The position numbers and the translations under genes are program-made. Below, piece by piece: positions 1 through 8,683 of a DNA stretch of 34,397 nt. The stretch is from Nitrospirota bacterium (GTDB lineage Bacteria > JACPQY01), in NCBI GenBank assembly GCA_016180645.1, contig JACPAV010000011.1:124001-158397 (forward strand). The letters are read 5' to 3'. Under the pieces are notes generated by a model, which made no database searches, was not told the DNA's origin, and worked only from the letters and a program-made list of their open reading frames with translations. Position 1 is the stretch's first letter. The number at the start of each line of letters is the position of its first letter.

Positions 1-200
1 TCGATCGCGCCTCCACCGATCTCCGCGGCCACGCGCCCCACATCCACCCCAAGGTTGCTCGGCATTTCACGCAGATCCACTCTCGACCGGCTGAACCCGG
101 AGGTATTCATATTGGCGATATTGTTGGAGGTCACGGACAACTGGCGCATTAGGCTCGACATGGCCGACAGCGCGATGGATGACCCCGGGCCTCCGATCAT
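1..200 (-). CDS. Flagellar basal-body rod/hook family protein, N-terminal part (runs off window start)
   Basis: Not in the ORF track. Manual translation from ATG at 200 gives MIGGPGSSIALSAMSSLMRQLSVTSNNIANMNTSGFSRSRVDLREM..., containing the Flg_bb_rod signature SNNIANxNTxGF. Confidence 0.8.
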   Translation of the reverse strand, partial: MIGGPGSSIALSAMSSLMRQLSVTSNNIANMNTSGFSRSRVDLREMPSNLGVDVGRVAAEIGGGAI

Positions 201-261
201 GGACTCACTTTCCCTTTCACTTCCCCCATAGACATCAGGATACCGTCCCCTTTTGAATTTG

Positions 262-288
262 TCATCGGAATCTTCACGACTAACTTGA
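262..288 (-). promoter_or_regulatory. Putative sigma28 (FliA) promoter
   Basis: Minus strand reads TCAAGTTA-N11-TCCGATGA, versus consensus TAAAGTTT-N11-GCCGATAA; about 60 nt upstream of the flagellar gene. Confidence 0.65.
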
Positions 289-329
289 GATTGTGACCCG
301 GATCACCCCCCCCTCGACCCCTGTGCGCG

Positions 330-358
330 TTGACGCCACGGAGCGAATCGGGCACGAT
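330..358 (+). promoter_or_regulatory. Putative sigma70 promoter, probably leaderless
   Basis: TTGACG-N17-CACGAT, 8 nt before GTG 367. Confidence 0.45.
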
Positions 359-366
359 GACCGCCA

Positions 367-927
367 GTGACAATGAAGACCTTCCCGGTCCACTTCTGGG
401 CCTTCACCGCTGCTAGCCTCAGCATGGGAACGTGTGGCACCGAATCGACGCCCGCAACCCCCGTCGTGGAGTACATCGCTCAGGATGCAGATTTCGATTG
501 CATGTTGAATTGGGATAGGGTCGGAAAGTTCCGCATCATCAACCGGCTTGGAATGCAGGCGGAGGCCTTGGCCGTCGCCCGCGGAGACAAGAAAGGGCCC
601 TTTCCCGTCGGCACGATCATCCAACTCGTACCCGTGGAGGCGATGGTCAAACGCGGCCGCGGCTTCGCCCCCGAGGCAAACGACTGGGAATTCTTCTTCC
701 TCGATCCCAAGATCGACACCGAAGGCAACCCGGTGGGCAAGACGATCCAGACCCGCGGCGCCCGGGAAACGATCAATCGGTTTGGAGGAAATTGTTTCGA
801 CTGCCACGTGAAGGCGCAGTCGTTCGATTTCATCTGTGGGACCGATCATGGGTGCGATCCCATTCCGTTGGCCGAGGCGCCGCTCATCGACGGATTCCAG
901 ACCGCCGACCCCTCCTGCCCCCACTGA
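367..927 (+). CDS. Cytochrome P460 / c'-beta-like exported monohaem cytochrome c
   Basis: Signal/lipoprotein-like N-terminus; FPVGTII, AMVKRG and NDWEFF motifs; late CxxCH (CFDCH). Start is GTG 367 or ATG 373. Confidence 0.7.
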   Translation: MTMKTFPVHFWAFTAASLSMGTCGTESTPATPVVEYIAQDADFDCMLNWDRVGKFRIINRLGMQAEALAVARGDKKGPFPVGTIIQLVPVEAMVKRGRGFAPEANDWEFFFLDPKIDTEGNPVGKTIQTRGARETINRFGGNCFDCHVKAQSFDFICGTDHGCDPIPLAEAPLIDGFQTADPSCPH

Positions 928-950
928 AGAACGGGGCCCGTCGGCCCGTC

Positions 951-1010
951 CACCCTTCGACAGGCTCGGGTGAGCGGCATTTTCCGCTCATGCTGAGCGC
1001 CGTCGAAGCA
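951..1010. repeat. REP-like inverted doublet between convergent genes
   Basis: CACCCTTCGACAGGCTCGGGTGAGCGG-catttt-CCGCTCATGCTGAGCGCCGTCGAAGCA: two imperfect inverted copies. Confidence 0.65.
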
Positions 1011-1022
1011 GGAGCGGCCTGC

Positions 1023-1787
1023 CTACTCTCCCGCCGGCAGCCCCTCTTCTTCCGGAGACGGGGGAACAGGCCGGGAGCGCTCGGCGGAAGTATCCCGGTA
1101 GTCCGGTGGCACCTCAAAGATCTCGGTCCCGATTGGGATCTCTTGGATGCTCGTGATCTCGGTCACCGCATTCTCTTCATCCACATAGGACATCAGAAAG
1201 CCCTCCGTACGGAGGTCCACCTGCGTGATCACACTCGGCCCCCGCGCCTTTTCAATTCTCTCGCCCACCGCCCGGTAGAGTTTGAGCAGGGGCTTCGGAA
1301 GATCCTTCGAGTAGCAGACTTTGCCGAATGCCTCACCCGAAACAACCACCTCGTATTCCGAGCACGCATAAGTGGAAACTTTTCGCTTCGTCCCCAGGGG
1401 ACGCAGGCTCAGGCCTTCATTCCGACCGCCGAACTCACCGATAATCTGGTCCCGGTCTTCCGTGAGCGGTGTGAAGTACGCCGTTTTCCGGACGTGGTCG
1501 ACATTCGAGATTCGCCCTTCCCGAAGATTCCAGATCTCGGTTTTGTCCACTCGGAGCGTGCCGTCGGTCGGCGAAGGCTCGCCGGACATGTTCACGCGGA
1601 TCCGGTCGGCTTGCAGATAGAGCTCGATCTTGAACACCTGCTCCTCGAATTGGCTTTTCTGGACGAGGAGCCACGCCTTCTCCTTCGGCCGGACGGAACT
1701 GGGTGCTCCCTGGGCGGCTTTCTCATCCGCGTAGGCCGCCTCCTCGCCCAGGAGGAGGGTGAGGACGATCAGGCAGGTCGCGAACAC
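1023..1787 (-). CDS. Exported DUF4412-like protein
   Basis: Likely start GTG 1787 (FATCLIVLTLLL...AYA signal peptide); LGTKRKVSTYACSEYEV and EITSIQEIPIGTEIFEVPPDY motifs. The ORF-track extension to 2081 overlaps the upstream gene. Confidence 0.65.
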   Translation of the reverse strand: MFATCLIVLTLLLGEEAAYADEKAAQGAPSSVRPKEKAWLLVQKSQFEEQVFKIELYLQADRIRVNMSGEPSPTDGTLRVDKTEIWNLREGRISNVDHVRKTAYFTPLTEDRDQIIGEFGGRNEGLSLRPLGTKRKVSTYACSEYEVVVSGEAFGKVCYSKDLPKPLLKLYRAVGERIEKARGPSVITQVDLRTEGFLMSYVDEENAVTEITSIQEIPIGTEIFEVPPDYRDTSAERSRPVPPSPEEEGLPAGE

Positions 1788-1797
1788 GGGGGCCGAC

Positions 1798-2124
1798 TCA
1801 AACGGTGCGGATTTCGCCACGGGCTTCCACCTCGTACGGGTTCTCAAGATATGCCGTGCGGCGATCGCGGAACCGGAGCCAGTTGCGAACGAAAAACCAC
1901 ATGTACTTCGGCCACATCTTGAACCCCTCCCGCTCAAACTGCAATATGTGCACACGTTCGTGTTCAAGCACCTTTTCCGGCAGAGGCAACACGTAGGCGA
2001 ACACCTTTCGACCCATCGTGACCGCCACCCGGCCCGGCACGAACCACGCCGAGACCCGGCCCACGATTCTCCAAGGCACACCCTGCGTCACGACACGAAT
2101 TTCGCGTTTTTCATCCATCTTCAT
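1798..2124 (-). CDS. Small HExxH zinc-metallopeptidase-like protein (DUF4157-like)
   Basis: AVTMGRKVF...LEHERVHILQF...YLENPYEVEAR: HExxH plus downstream NPxExEA motif. Start is 2118, 2124 or 2133. Confidence 0.7.
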   Translation of the reverse strand: MKMDEKREIRVVTQGVPWRIVGRVSAWFVPGRVAVTMGRKVFAYVLPLPEKVLEHERVHILQFEREGFKMWPKYMWFFVRNWLRFRDRRTAYLENPYEVEARGEIRTV

Positions 2125-2166
2125 TGCGCGCACCGACCCCGCATGTTAGACTTCAAACCCTCAGCC

Positions 2167-3696
2167 ATGCAATCGGTCGGGAGGAGACCCGGGCGTTCGC
2201 GCTCTGCCCAGCAAACCGCCATCGGTCGGTACGAGATTCTCGAACGGATCGGATTCGGCGGCATGGCCGAAGTCTACAAGGCTCGCCTCCGCACCGACCG
2301 CGGCGCCGAGAAGATCGTGGCCGTCAAGAAGATCCTGCCGCAGTGGGCCGACGACGACCAACTTCGCAACATGTTCCTTCACGAAGTCAAAGTCGCCTTT
2401 TCCCTCTCCCACAAGAACATTGTCTCGGTTTTCGACCAAGGGGAAGCGGACGGCTACCACTATCTCGTCATGGACTACGTCGAGGGCAAGGACCTCGGCC
2501 AAGTGCTCCGTGCCCTGGGTCATTTGCGAAACCGCATCCCGGAGCCGTTGGCGGTGTTCATCGTCGCCGAGATCGCTGCCGCATTGGAGTACGCCCACAC
2601 GAAGCAGGACCGCATGGGCCGCCGCCTGAATATCATCCATCGCGATGTGAGTCCCTCCAACATCTACATCTCCTGCGAAGGAGAGGCCAAACTCGGCGAT
2701 TTTGGAATTGCGAAAATAGCCGTCAATCCACAGACTTCCGTACATATCCTTAAGGGTAAATGGAGCTACATGTCGCCCGAGCAGGCGCGTGGCGAGGACA
2801 TCGACCACCGTTCGGATCTCTACTCCCTTGGGCTCGTTTTCTACGAATTGCTTTGCGGTCGAAAGTGCTTCTCCGATGAAAACGAGATGAAGATTCTCGA
2901 GAAGGCTCGCCGCGCGGATCTTCCGAACTTCAAGGAAAGCGGGATTCCGGAAGGACTCCTCCCCATCGTCAGCAAGGCGCTGGAGGCCAACCCCGAGGAG
3001 CGATACGCCTCGGCAGCCGGGTTGGAGGACGAGTTGAGACGGTTCCTCCATCGCTTCGGATCGGAGCGGTGGGAACGCCGGCTGGGCGCCGTTGTCAGCG
3101 AGTTGTTCCCGGCCCAAGCCCAAACCGGATCGAAAGATGATGAGCAAGAGGAAACCGAGGAGAAACAGACCAAGGTGATTCCGGGTGCCGAGTCGCCTTC
3201 CCCACGCCCCTGGCGGACGCCTGTCTTCGTGGCCGCGGGCGCCCTGCTGGGGATCTCCACGGCCGTGGCCGCGCTACGGTTGTTTCGCGAGCAGGAAATC
3301 CAGACGGTGGTCGTGGCTCCCCAGAAGTCGCCCTCGGCCGCTGCCGAGCCGAGCGCTCCCCACCCGCCCTCTCTGGCACCCGACTCAACCACACCGGCGA
3401 CCGCTTCCTCAGCCGGATCCAAGACCGTCCCCGCGGCAGTGGGCACCAGCCTCCACACGCAGGCCGAGCCCGCGGCCCATGGATTCCTGAATCTTAGCTC
3501 CACCCCATGGGCCAACGTCACCATCGACGGGAGGCCGGTGGACGCGACCACTCCTTTGATCCACTACAAGCTCGCAGCCGGCCGTCATGAAATCCAGTTG
3601 AGCAATCCGTACACCCCGATGAAGAAGTCCCTCAAGGTGGACATCCGCGAGGGCGAGACCCAGAACCTGGTCGTCGATCTCCAACTGAACCGCTGA
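2167..3696 (+). CDS. Membrane Ser/Thr protein kinase with C-terminal PEGA-like domain
   Basis: IGFGGMAEVY, VAVKK, HRDVSPSN, DFG, YMSPEQ, SDLYSLG; TM segment VFVAAGALLGISTAVAAL; C-terminal LSSTPWANVTIDG. Start is probably ATG 2167 (or 2143), not 1759. Confidence 0.93.
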   Translation: MQSVGRRPGRSRSAQQTAIGRYEILERIGFGGMAEVYKARLRTDRGAEKIVAVKKILPQWADDDQLRNMFLHEVKVAFSLSHKNIVSVFDQGEADGYHYLVMDYVEGKDLGQVLRALGHLRNRIPEPLAVFIVAEIAAALEYAHTKQDRMGRRLNIIHRDVSPSNIYISCEGEAKLGDFGIAKIAVNPQTSVHILKGKWSYMSPEQARGEDIDHRSDLYSLGLVFYELLCGRKCFSDENEMKILEKARRADLPNFKESGIPEGLLPIVSKALEANPEERYASAAGLEDELRRFLHRFGSERWERRLGAVVSELFPAQAQTGSKDDEQEETEEKQTKVIPGAESPSPRPWRTPVFVAAGALLGISTAVAALRLFREQEIQTVVVAPQKSPSAAAEPSAPHPPSLAPDSTTPATASSAGSKTVPAAVGTSLHTQAEPAAHGFLNLSSTPWANVTIDGRPVDATTPLIHYKLAAGRHEIQLSNPYTPMKKSLKVDIREGETQNLVVDLQLNR

Positions 3697-3704
3697 TTCG
3701 CTCC

Positions 3705-5021
3705 ATGGACCTCACCCCGGACACCGTCACCAAGCTCATCTACCTCGGGGAGAAGCCCACCAAGCTGGTCTACCGAAAACTCCTCTTCCGCATTCTGAAG
3801 GGCCCCGAGAAAGGACGGAAATTTGTATCCGATCGGGATCAGATCCGCATCGGCTCGGCGCCGGACAACCAACTCGTGCTGGCCGACGACACGATCTCGC
3901 GCCACCACGCGGAGATCCGGCTCGATCCCAAGGGATTTCTCGTGCGGGACCTCGGGAGCACCAACGGCACGTTCGTCAATGGCGTACAGGTCAACGAGGC
4001 CTATGTCCCTGCCCATTCGACGCTGACCATCGGCGCCACTCACTTCACCTTTGAGCCGCTCAAAGACCGCGTTGAGGTCGACATCAGCGAGAAGACCGTT
4101 TTCGGCGAACTGGTCGGGATCAGCGTCCTTCTCCGCCGAAGCTTCGCCTTGTTGGAGAAAGTAGCCGGGAAGGATGTAACGGTGCTCATCGAGGGCGAAA
4201 CGGGCACCGGAAAAGACCTCGCGGCCCGCGCCATTCATCAATCCGGCCCCCGCAAATCCGGTCCTTTCGTGGTCTTCGACGGCGGCTCCGTGCCCAAAAA
4301 CCTGGCCGAGAGCGAATTGTTCGGCCACGTTCGAGGCTCCTTTACGGGGGCACACTCCGACAAAATCGGCGCCGTCGAGCAGGCGCACCGGGGAACACTG
4401 TTTCTCGATGAGATCGGCGAACTGGATCTGGAACTCCAACCCAAGCTCCTCCGCGCCCTGGAACAGCGCGAGGTGAAGAAAGTCGGTTCCACCACGATGG
4501 CACACGTGGACGTCCGTTTCATCGCCGCCACGAACAAGAACCTGGAGGAGGAAGTCGAGAAGAATCGATTCCGGAAGGATCTTTTCTATCGGCTGAACAC
4601 CATTCGTATCACGATGCCTCCGCTCCGGGAGCGGCGCGAGGATGTTCCCGTACTTATCGACAAGTTCCTCAAGGAGTTCAACGCCCCTCCCGACTACCGG
4701 CTACCTCCCGAAGCCGTTCCCCTCTTCCAATCGTACAGTTGGCCCGGCAATGTGAGGGAGCTCCGGAACACCGTTCAGAAGATGCTTGTTTTTTCAGATC
4801 CCCGGGAAGCCCTTACACCGCGCGAAGAGGCGCCCGCTGGAGAAGTGGACCTCTCCGTCCCCTTCAAAGAAGCCAAACATGAAGTTCTCGTGCAATTCGA
4901 ACGCCGGTATCTCTCCCAGCTCCTTTCTGAAAAGGGCTACAATGTCTCGGAATCCGCGCGATCGGCCGGCATCGACCGGAAGTATCTTGAGCGGATGGTG
5001 AAGAAACTGAATCTAAAATAG
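3705..5021 (+). CDS. FHA-domain sigma54-dependent enhancer-binding protein
   Basis: FHA (IGS..DN, SRHHA, DLGSTNGT); Walker A GETGTGKD; ESELFGH; GSFTGA; FLDEIGE; WPGNVREL; C-terminal Fis-type HTH. Confidence 0.93.
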   Translation: MDLTPDTVTKLIYLGEKPTKLVYRKLLFRILKGPEKGRKFVSDRDQIRIGSAPDNQLVLADDTISRHHAEIRLDPKGFLVRDLGSTNGTFVNGVQVNEAYVPAHSTLTIGATHFTFEPLKDRVEVDISEKTVFGELVGISVLLRRSFALLEKVAGKDVTVLIEGETGTGKDLAARAIHQSGPRKSGPFVVFDGGSVPKNLAESELFGHVRGSFTGAHSDKIGAVEQAHRGTLFLDEIGELDLELQPKLLRALEQREVKKVGSTTMAHVDVRFIAATNKNLEEEVEKNRFRKDLFYRLNTIRITMPPLRERREDVPVLIDKFLKEFNAPPDYRLPPEAVPLFQSYSWPGNVRELRNTVQKMLVFSDPREALTPREEAPAGEVDLSVPFKEAKHEVLVQFERRYLSQLLSEKGYNVSESARSAGIDRKYLERMVKKLNLK

Positions 5022-5040
5022 AGCCCCGCCGAGCGGGACA

Positions 5041-5127
5041 AGCCATCAGCTGTCAGCGGTCAGCTCTCAGCCAGGAACCGGCCTTCTCTGCAGCGGACGA
5101 CTGAGCGCTGAATGCCGAACGCTTGAT
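5041..5127. repeat. Inverted arrays of degenerate 7-bp repeats
   Basis: AGCCATC AGCTGTC AGCGGTC AGCTCTC AGCCAGG, followed by complementary-type GCGGACG ACTGAGC GCTGAAT GCCGAAC GCTTGAT, between convergent stop codons. Confidence 0.7.
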
Positions 5128-5130
5128 CGA

Positions 5131-6327
5131 CTACTTCTCCACCCGGATCGTCACCACTTCCTGACGAAACGCATCCACCACGAAGGGGGTCGCGGCACCC
5201 GTCAGGGCCACGCCCACGACCGTCGGCCAGAACCACTTTTTCCGGATGATGGAGGCGAAGGCGAGCGGCGGTTTTTCACCGCGATGCCACTGGAGTATCC
5301 GTTGGACCACGCGCTCCAATTCCGGGTTGTTCTTTCCGAATTCTTCCTGGTCGTCCGCTCCTGAAAGTTCGATCGGATCACCGATGGCGATTCCCTTCCC
5401 CTCCCGATAAAGGGCCCACGCCAGCCTCCAATGCTCCCCGCTCGATTCAACCTTCGCCATGCATACCGTGTTCACGCCCAAGAGGCCGGCCACCCGCTGA
5501 AAGGGAACGGCCGACACGGTGGGTTGGGAAAAAAACTCTTTAACCGTTGAAGCCACCATTTCGGAGCCTTGACGCGGCGTGAGGTAGGCCTTCAGTGTGT
5601 TCTCCGGGAGCGGCAGCGAGATGCGCTGAACGAATGGGCGCGTGTCATCCCTCTCGAGTTGAAACAGGTAGGTCAGCCCCGAGCGCAGCGGAACCGTCAA
5701 CGGAGTTTCGCCCATCGGCTTCCCGTCGATGATCACGGTGGCCGACCCCGGCTCGGACACCACGTGCACGGGGACGGTCGCCTCGCGCTCGATCTCCTGT
5801 GCCACGGCATTGAAGAGCGTGCTCACTCCCGGTGGAAACCTCAGTGGATCGATCCATGCCGCCGTGCCGAGGTCCGCCGCCTTCCGCAAAAGTTTGGAGG
5901 CCCCCACCCGATCCTGCCGGACAAGAGACAACATGGCCTGAAATACCTTGATGTCGAACAGGGCCTTTCTCAACGCCTCCGGGGAGTCGCCCCAGCTCAG
6001 GAGCGCCTCCTCGGCATGATCGAGATGGGTCGTCGCCTCGTCGAAATTGAAGTATTTGTAGGCCAGCCAGGCCTTCTCGATCCATTCCGGAACGGGAGGG
6101 GAATCGGCCGGCGCGGTCGGCTGGAGTGCGACCGGATCGATTCGGGAAACCGACAGACCCTCGCGTTTGACCCCCTGTTCCACGAGGAGCAGGGCATTGG
6201 CCGCCAGGGCGGGCGGCGCGGCCGGATCGTGCGCGAACACCAGCCCGATATCGTCGCTCAGCGCCGGCGGGGCCTGGATGATGAGGATGGCCCAGAGAAG
6301 CGTGGTGGAGATCCAGAAACGTTTCAT
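5131..6327 (-). CDS. Exported PEGA-domain protein with C-terminal membrane anchor
   Basis: Start MKRFWIST (6327) with signal peptide; helical region; PEGA motif VVSEPGSATVIIDGKPMGETP; KKWFWPTVVGVALTG tail. Confidence 0.8.
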   Translation of the reverse strand: MKRFWISTTLLWAILIIQAPPALSDDIGLVFAHDPAAPPALAANALLLVEQGVKREGLSVSRIDPVALQPTAPADSPPVPEWIEKAWLAYKYFNFDEATTHLDHAEEALLSWGDSPEALRKALFDIKVFQAMLSLVRQDRVGASKLLRKAADLGTAAWIDPLRFPPGVSTLFNAVAQEIEREATVPVHVVSEPGSATVIIDGKPMGETPLTVPLRSGLTYLFQLERDDTRPFVQRISLPLPENTLKAYLTPRQGSEMVASTVKEFFSQPTVSAVPFQRVAGLLGVNTVCMAKVESSGEHWRLAWALYREGKGIAIGDPIELSGADDQEEFGKNNPELERVVQRILQWHRGEKPPLAFASIIRKKWFWPTVVGVALTGAATPFVVDAFRQEVVTIRVEK

Positions 6328-6367
6328 CCCGTGCAAGCGGGCCCTTGCTCCCATCGCACAGGAGGAA

Positions 6368-7315
6368 CTACAGTCGGCGTCGGTAGAGATGAAGGTCCGC
6401 AAACATCCCTTCCGCCGCCGGACCGGAGTCTTCGGCCGCTTCCAAGCCGCCCAATCGAAGTAGGGACATCGGATCGATCCGCGCACCCATGAGCCGCACG
6501 CCCATGTGGAGGTGTGCTCCGCGGGCATGACCTGTACGTCCGGCAAGACCGAGGGCTTGTCCGCGTGTCACCGCCTGCCCCTCTTTCACGTCGACCCGGG
6601 AGAGGTGGGCATACAGCGAGTGCAATCCTCCGCCATGGTCCAGAATCACCACATTGCCCTCGAGCAGGAACCGATCCACCAAGGCCACGGTCCCCTCGCT
6701 CACCGCGTTGATTGGAGTCCCGGACCTCGCGCGCAGATCTACACCTGTGTGCGGCATGAGGGCGTCCCCCCCCGCAAACCGACGCGCCGCAAATCGGCTC
6801 GTCACTTTCAATTCGCCTTCCACCGGCGAAGCAAAAGGGACCGACCATTGAAAACCTGGACGAACCGTCCAGAAAATCCGATTCATCTGAGCCTTTTCGC
6901 GCCGCACCCGCTCGATGACCCGTGGGTCCCTGTTCCCTCGTCGTCGTCCGAATCCCTCCCAGGATCGAACGGCATGACACACCGTCACCTCGCCGGAAAA
7001 GGTGTGGGGGCGGCCGTGGATGGCGTAGGAGAGCCGGTATGGCCGAGGCCCCTCCGGAGCTTCCATGTCGAAGCCCACGAGCGCGCGCCTTCGTCCATCA
7101 CGACCTCGTTCGGTACTGACCCAGCCCCCTTCCACGCCTACATCCAGGACCTCGAATCCCGCGGGCGCCAGGGCCAGGATTTCCCCGGGCGATACGCACC
7201 GACCCAGATCGAGAGGGCTCTTGAACGGGTACGGGTAGGGATACGGTTCGGAATCGGTGAAGGCCAAGGCCGCTGCAAGAAGGGACAGCACACACGTTCT
7301 GGCCAGCGTGATCAT
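6368..7315 (-). CDS. M23 family metallopeptidase
   Basis: Signal peptide; HTGVD (HxxxD), ILDHGGGLHSLYAHLS, GRTG..RGAHLH (HxH). Confidence 0.9.
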   Translation of the reverse strand: MITLARTCVLSLLAAALAFTDSEPYPYPYPFKSPLDLGRCVSPGEILALAPAGFEVLDVGVEGGWVSTERGRDGRRRALVGFDMEAPEGPRPYRLSYAIHGRPHTFSGEVTVCHAVRSWEGFGRRRGNRDPRVIERVRREKAQMNRIFWTVRPGFQWSVPFASPVEGELKVTSRFAARRFAGGDALMPHTGVDLRARSGTPINAVSEGTVALVDRFLLEGNVVILDHGGGLHSLYAHLSRVDVKEGQAVTRGQALGLAGRTGHARGAHLHMGVRLMGARIDPMSLLRLGGLEAAEDSGPAAEGMFADLHLYRRRL

Positions 7316-7416
7316 TCGTTAGCAACTCTTATAGACGAAACGCCCCAGGTTTTCCAGTTGTCACCCTTTGGGTCCCGCCTATGCTTCGACGGCGCTCAGT
7401 ACGTGCGGAGCATAAC

Positions 7417-7463
7417 AGGTGACAGTATACTCTAATGCGCGTGAATAGAGTATACTGTCACCT
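7417..7463. repeat. Perfect 18-bp inverted repeat just 3' of tRNA-Sec (terminator or REP-like)
   Basis: AGGTGACAGTATACTCTA-N11-TAGAGTATACTGTCACCT. Confidence 0.8.
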
Positions 7464-7477
7464 TTTATCCACGGAAA

Positions 7478-7573
7478 TGGCGGAGGATGATGGGAATCGA
7501 ACCCACCCGCCCCGTTTAGTGAAGCGCACCGGTTTTGAAGACCGGGAGGGCCACCAGAGCCCCTGCATCCTCC
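7478..7573 (-). tRNA. selC: tRNA-Sec (anticodon UCA)
   Basis: 96 nt; 8-bp acceptor stem GGAGGATG/CATCCTCC with G discriminator and encoded CCA; anticodon arm CCGGT-CT-TCA-AA-ACCGG; long variable arm; T-arm GTGGG-TTCGATT-CCCAT. Confidence 0.95.
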
Positions 7574-7580
7574 GTCCTTG

Positions 7581-7622
7581 CTGAAGCGTGAATAGTGAAG
7601 GGTGATGAGTGAAGAGTAAAGG
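7581..7622. repeat. Degenerate 7-bp tandem repeat (6 units)
   Basis: CTGAAGC GTGAATA GTGAAGG GTGATGA GTGAAGA GTAAAGG. Confidence 0.7.
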
Positions 7623-7627
7623 GGCAA

Positions 7628-8659
7628 TCAGGACACGGAGAGGCGAAGATGGGATTGGAGCCAGCGGGCGGCTTTGCCCAGCACCACGGGGGCGGGCTGA
7701 GAAACGTAACCGAGATCTCGACGGATTTTCGCGTCGGAGTAGTACCAGTACCGCTTCGCCGCGATCAGGACCATACCCATTTCGAGTTTGAGCCGGCTGT
7801 ACAGAAATCGTTCCACGGGTACCAGTGCCGCGCGCGGAAGTCGATAGAAGATGTTCAGCAAGGCGGGATTCACGGCTCGACGAGGAGCCTTGATACCCGT
7901 CGCGCTCTCCAGGATCCGGTACATCTCACGATATTCCAGGTTCTCCCCGCCCGAGAGATATTTTTCTCCGGCCTTGCCCTTTTCCAGGCCGAGGACCAGG
8001 GATGCGCCCGCGTCATCCACGCCCTGCACGTTGATCCCGCCGTCCAGGTACACGCTCATCTGCCCCTTCAAATAGGGGACGATGGCGCGCGACGAAGAGA
8101 GATACACATCGCCTTCTCCAAAGCAAAAATTGGGATACACGGTGACCACCGGCACGCCCTTCCCGACGAACTCGTCCCTCGCCTCTTCGCACTGCTTCTT
8201 GGCCCGCACGTAAGGAACCTTCCGCGCCAGATCTTCAAGATTGAATTGGACGGTTTCGTCCGCGGCCTCGCGTCCTTCACCCCGCCCGAAACCGAAGATC
8301 GAGCCGAGGAAAACAACTCTCGGGGTCCCAGCGGCCCGGCAGGCCTCGAACACGTTCCGGGTGGTCTGATAATTCGACCGGATCACTTCCTGTTCGAGCT
8401 TGGGATCCACGCTCATCCTCACCCACCCGGCCAGGTGGATCACACCGTCGCATCCTTTGACACACTCCTTGGCGAAAGCCAGATCGCCCAGATCTCCATC
8501 GAGGATTTCAACGCCGTTCTGGTGAGCGGCAAGATTCTCGATCTTGGAGCTTTTCCGGCGCGAGATCCGGACACGGTAGCCCCGCTCGGTCAGCACCCTC
8601 ATCGTGTGGGACCCGATGAAGCCGGTCGCGCCGGAGACGTAGACTCGTTCTTTGGCCAT
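7628..8659 (-). CDS. NAD-dependent epimerase/dehydratase (extended SDR, HpnA/DFR-like)
   Basis: VSGATGFIGS, VIHLAG, YxxxK (YVRAK). Confidence 0.88.
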   Translation of the reverse strand: MAKERVYVSGATGFIGSHTMRVLTERGYRVRISRRKSSKIENLAAHQNGVEILDGDLGDLAFAKECVKGCDGVIHLAGWVRMSVDPKLEQEVIRSNYQTTRNVFEACRAAGTPRVVFLGSIFGFGRGEGREAADETVQFNLEDLARKVPYVRAKKQCEEARDEFVGKGVPVVTVYPNFCFGEGDVYLSSSRAIVPYLKGQMSVYLDGGINVQGVDDAGASLVLGLEKGKAGEKYLSGGENLEYREMYRILESATGIKAPRRAVNPALLNIFYRLPRAALVPVERFLYSRLKLEMGMVLIAAKRYWYYSDAKIRRDLGYVSQPAPVVLGKAARWLQSHLRLSVS

Positions 8660-8683
8660 TTGGCCGCTGACTATATCGGAGAA

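Noticed and set aside
367-1010. Selenocysteine read-through of the cytochrome TGA using the downstream hairpin as SECIS
   Set aside because: The domain is complete before the TGA, the hairpin matches a REP-like doublet, and the extension would run into a convergent gene.
1759-2166. 136-aa N-terminal extension of the kinase in the ORF track
   Set aside because: Overlaps two better-supported minus-strand genes and has no domain character; a promoter-like TTGCGC-N17-TAGACT lies at 2124-2152.
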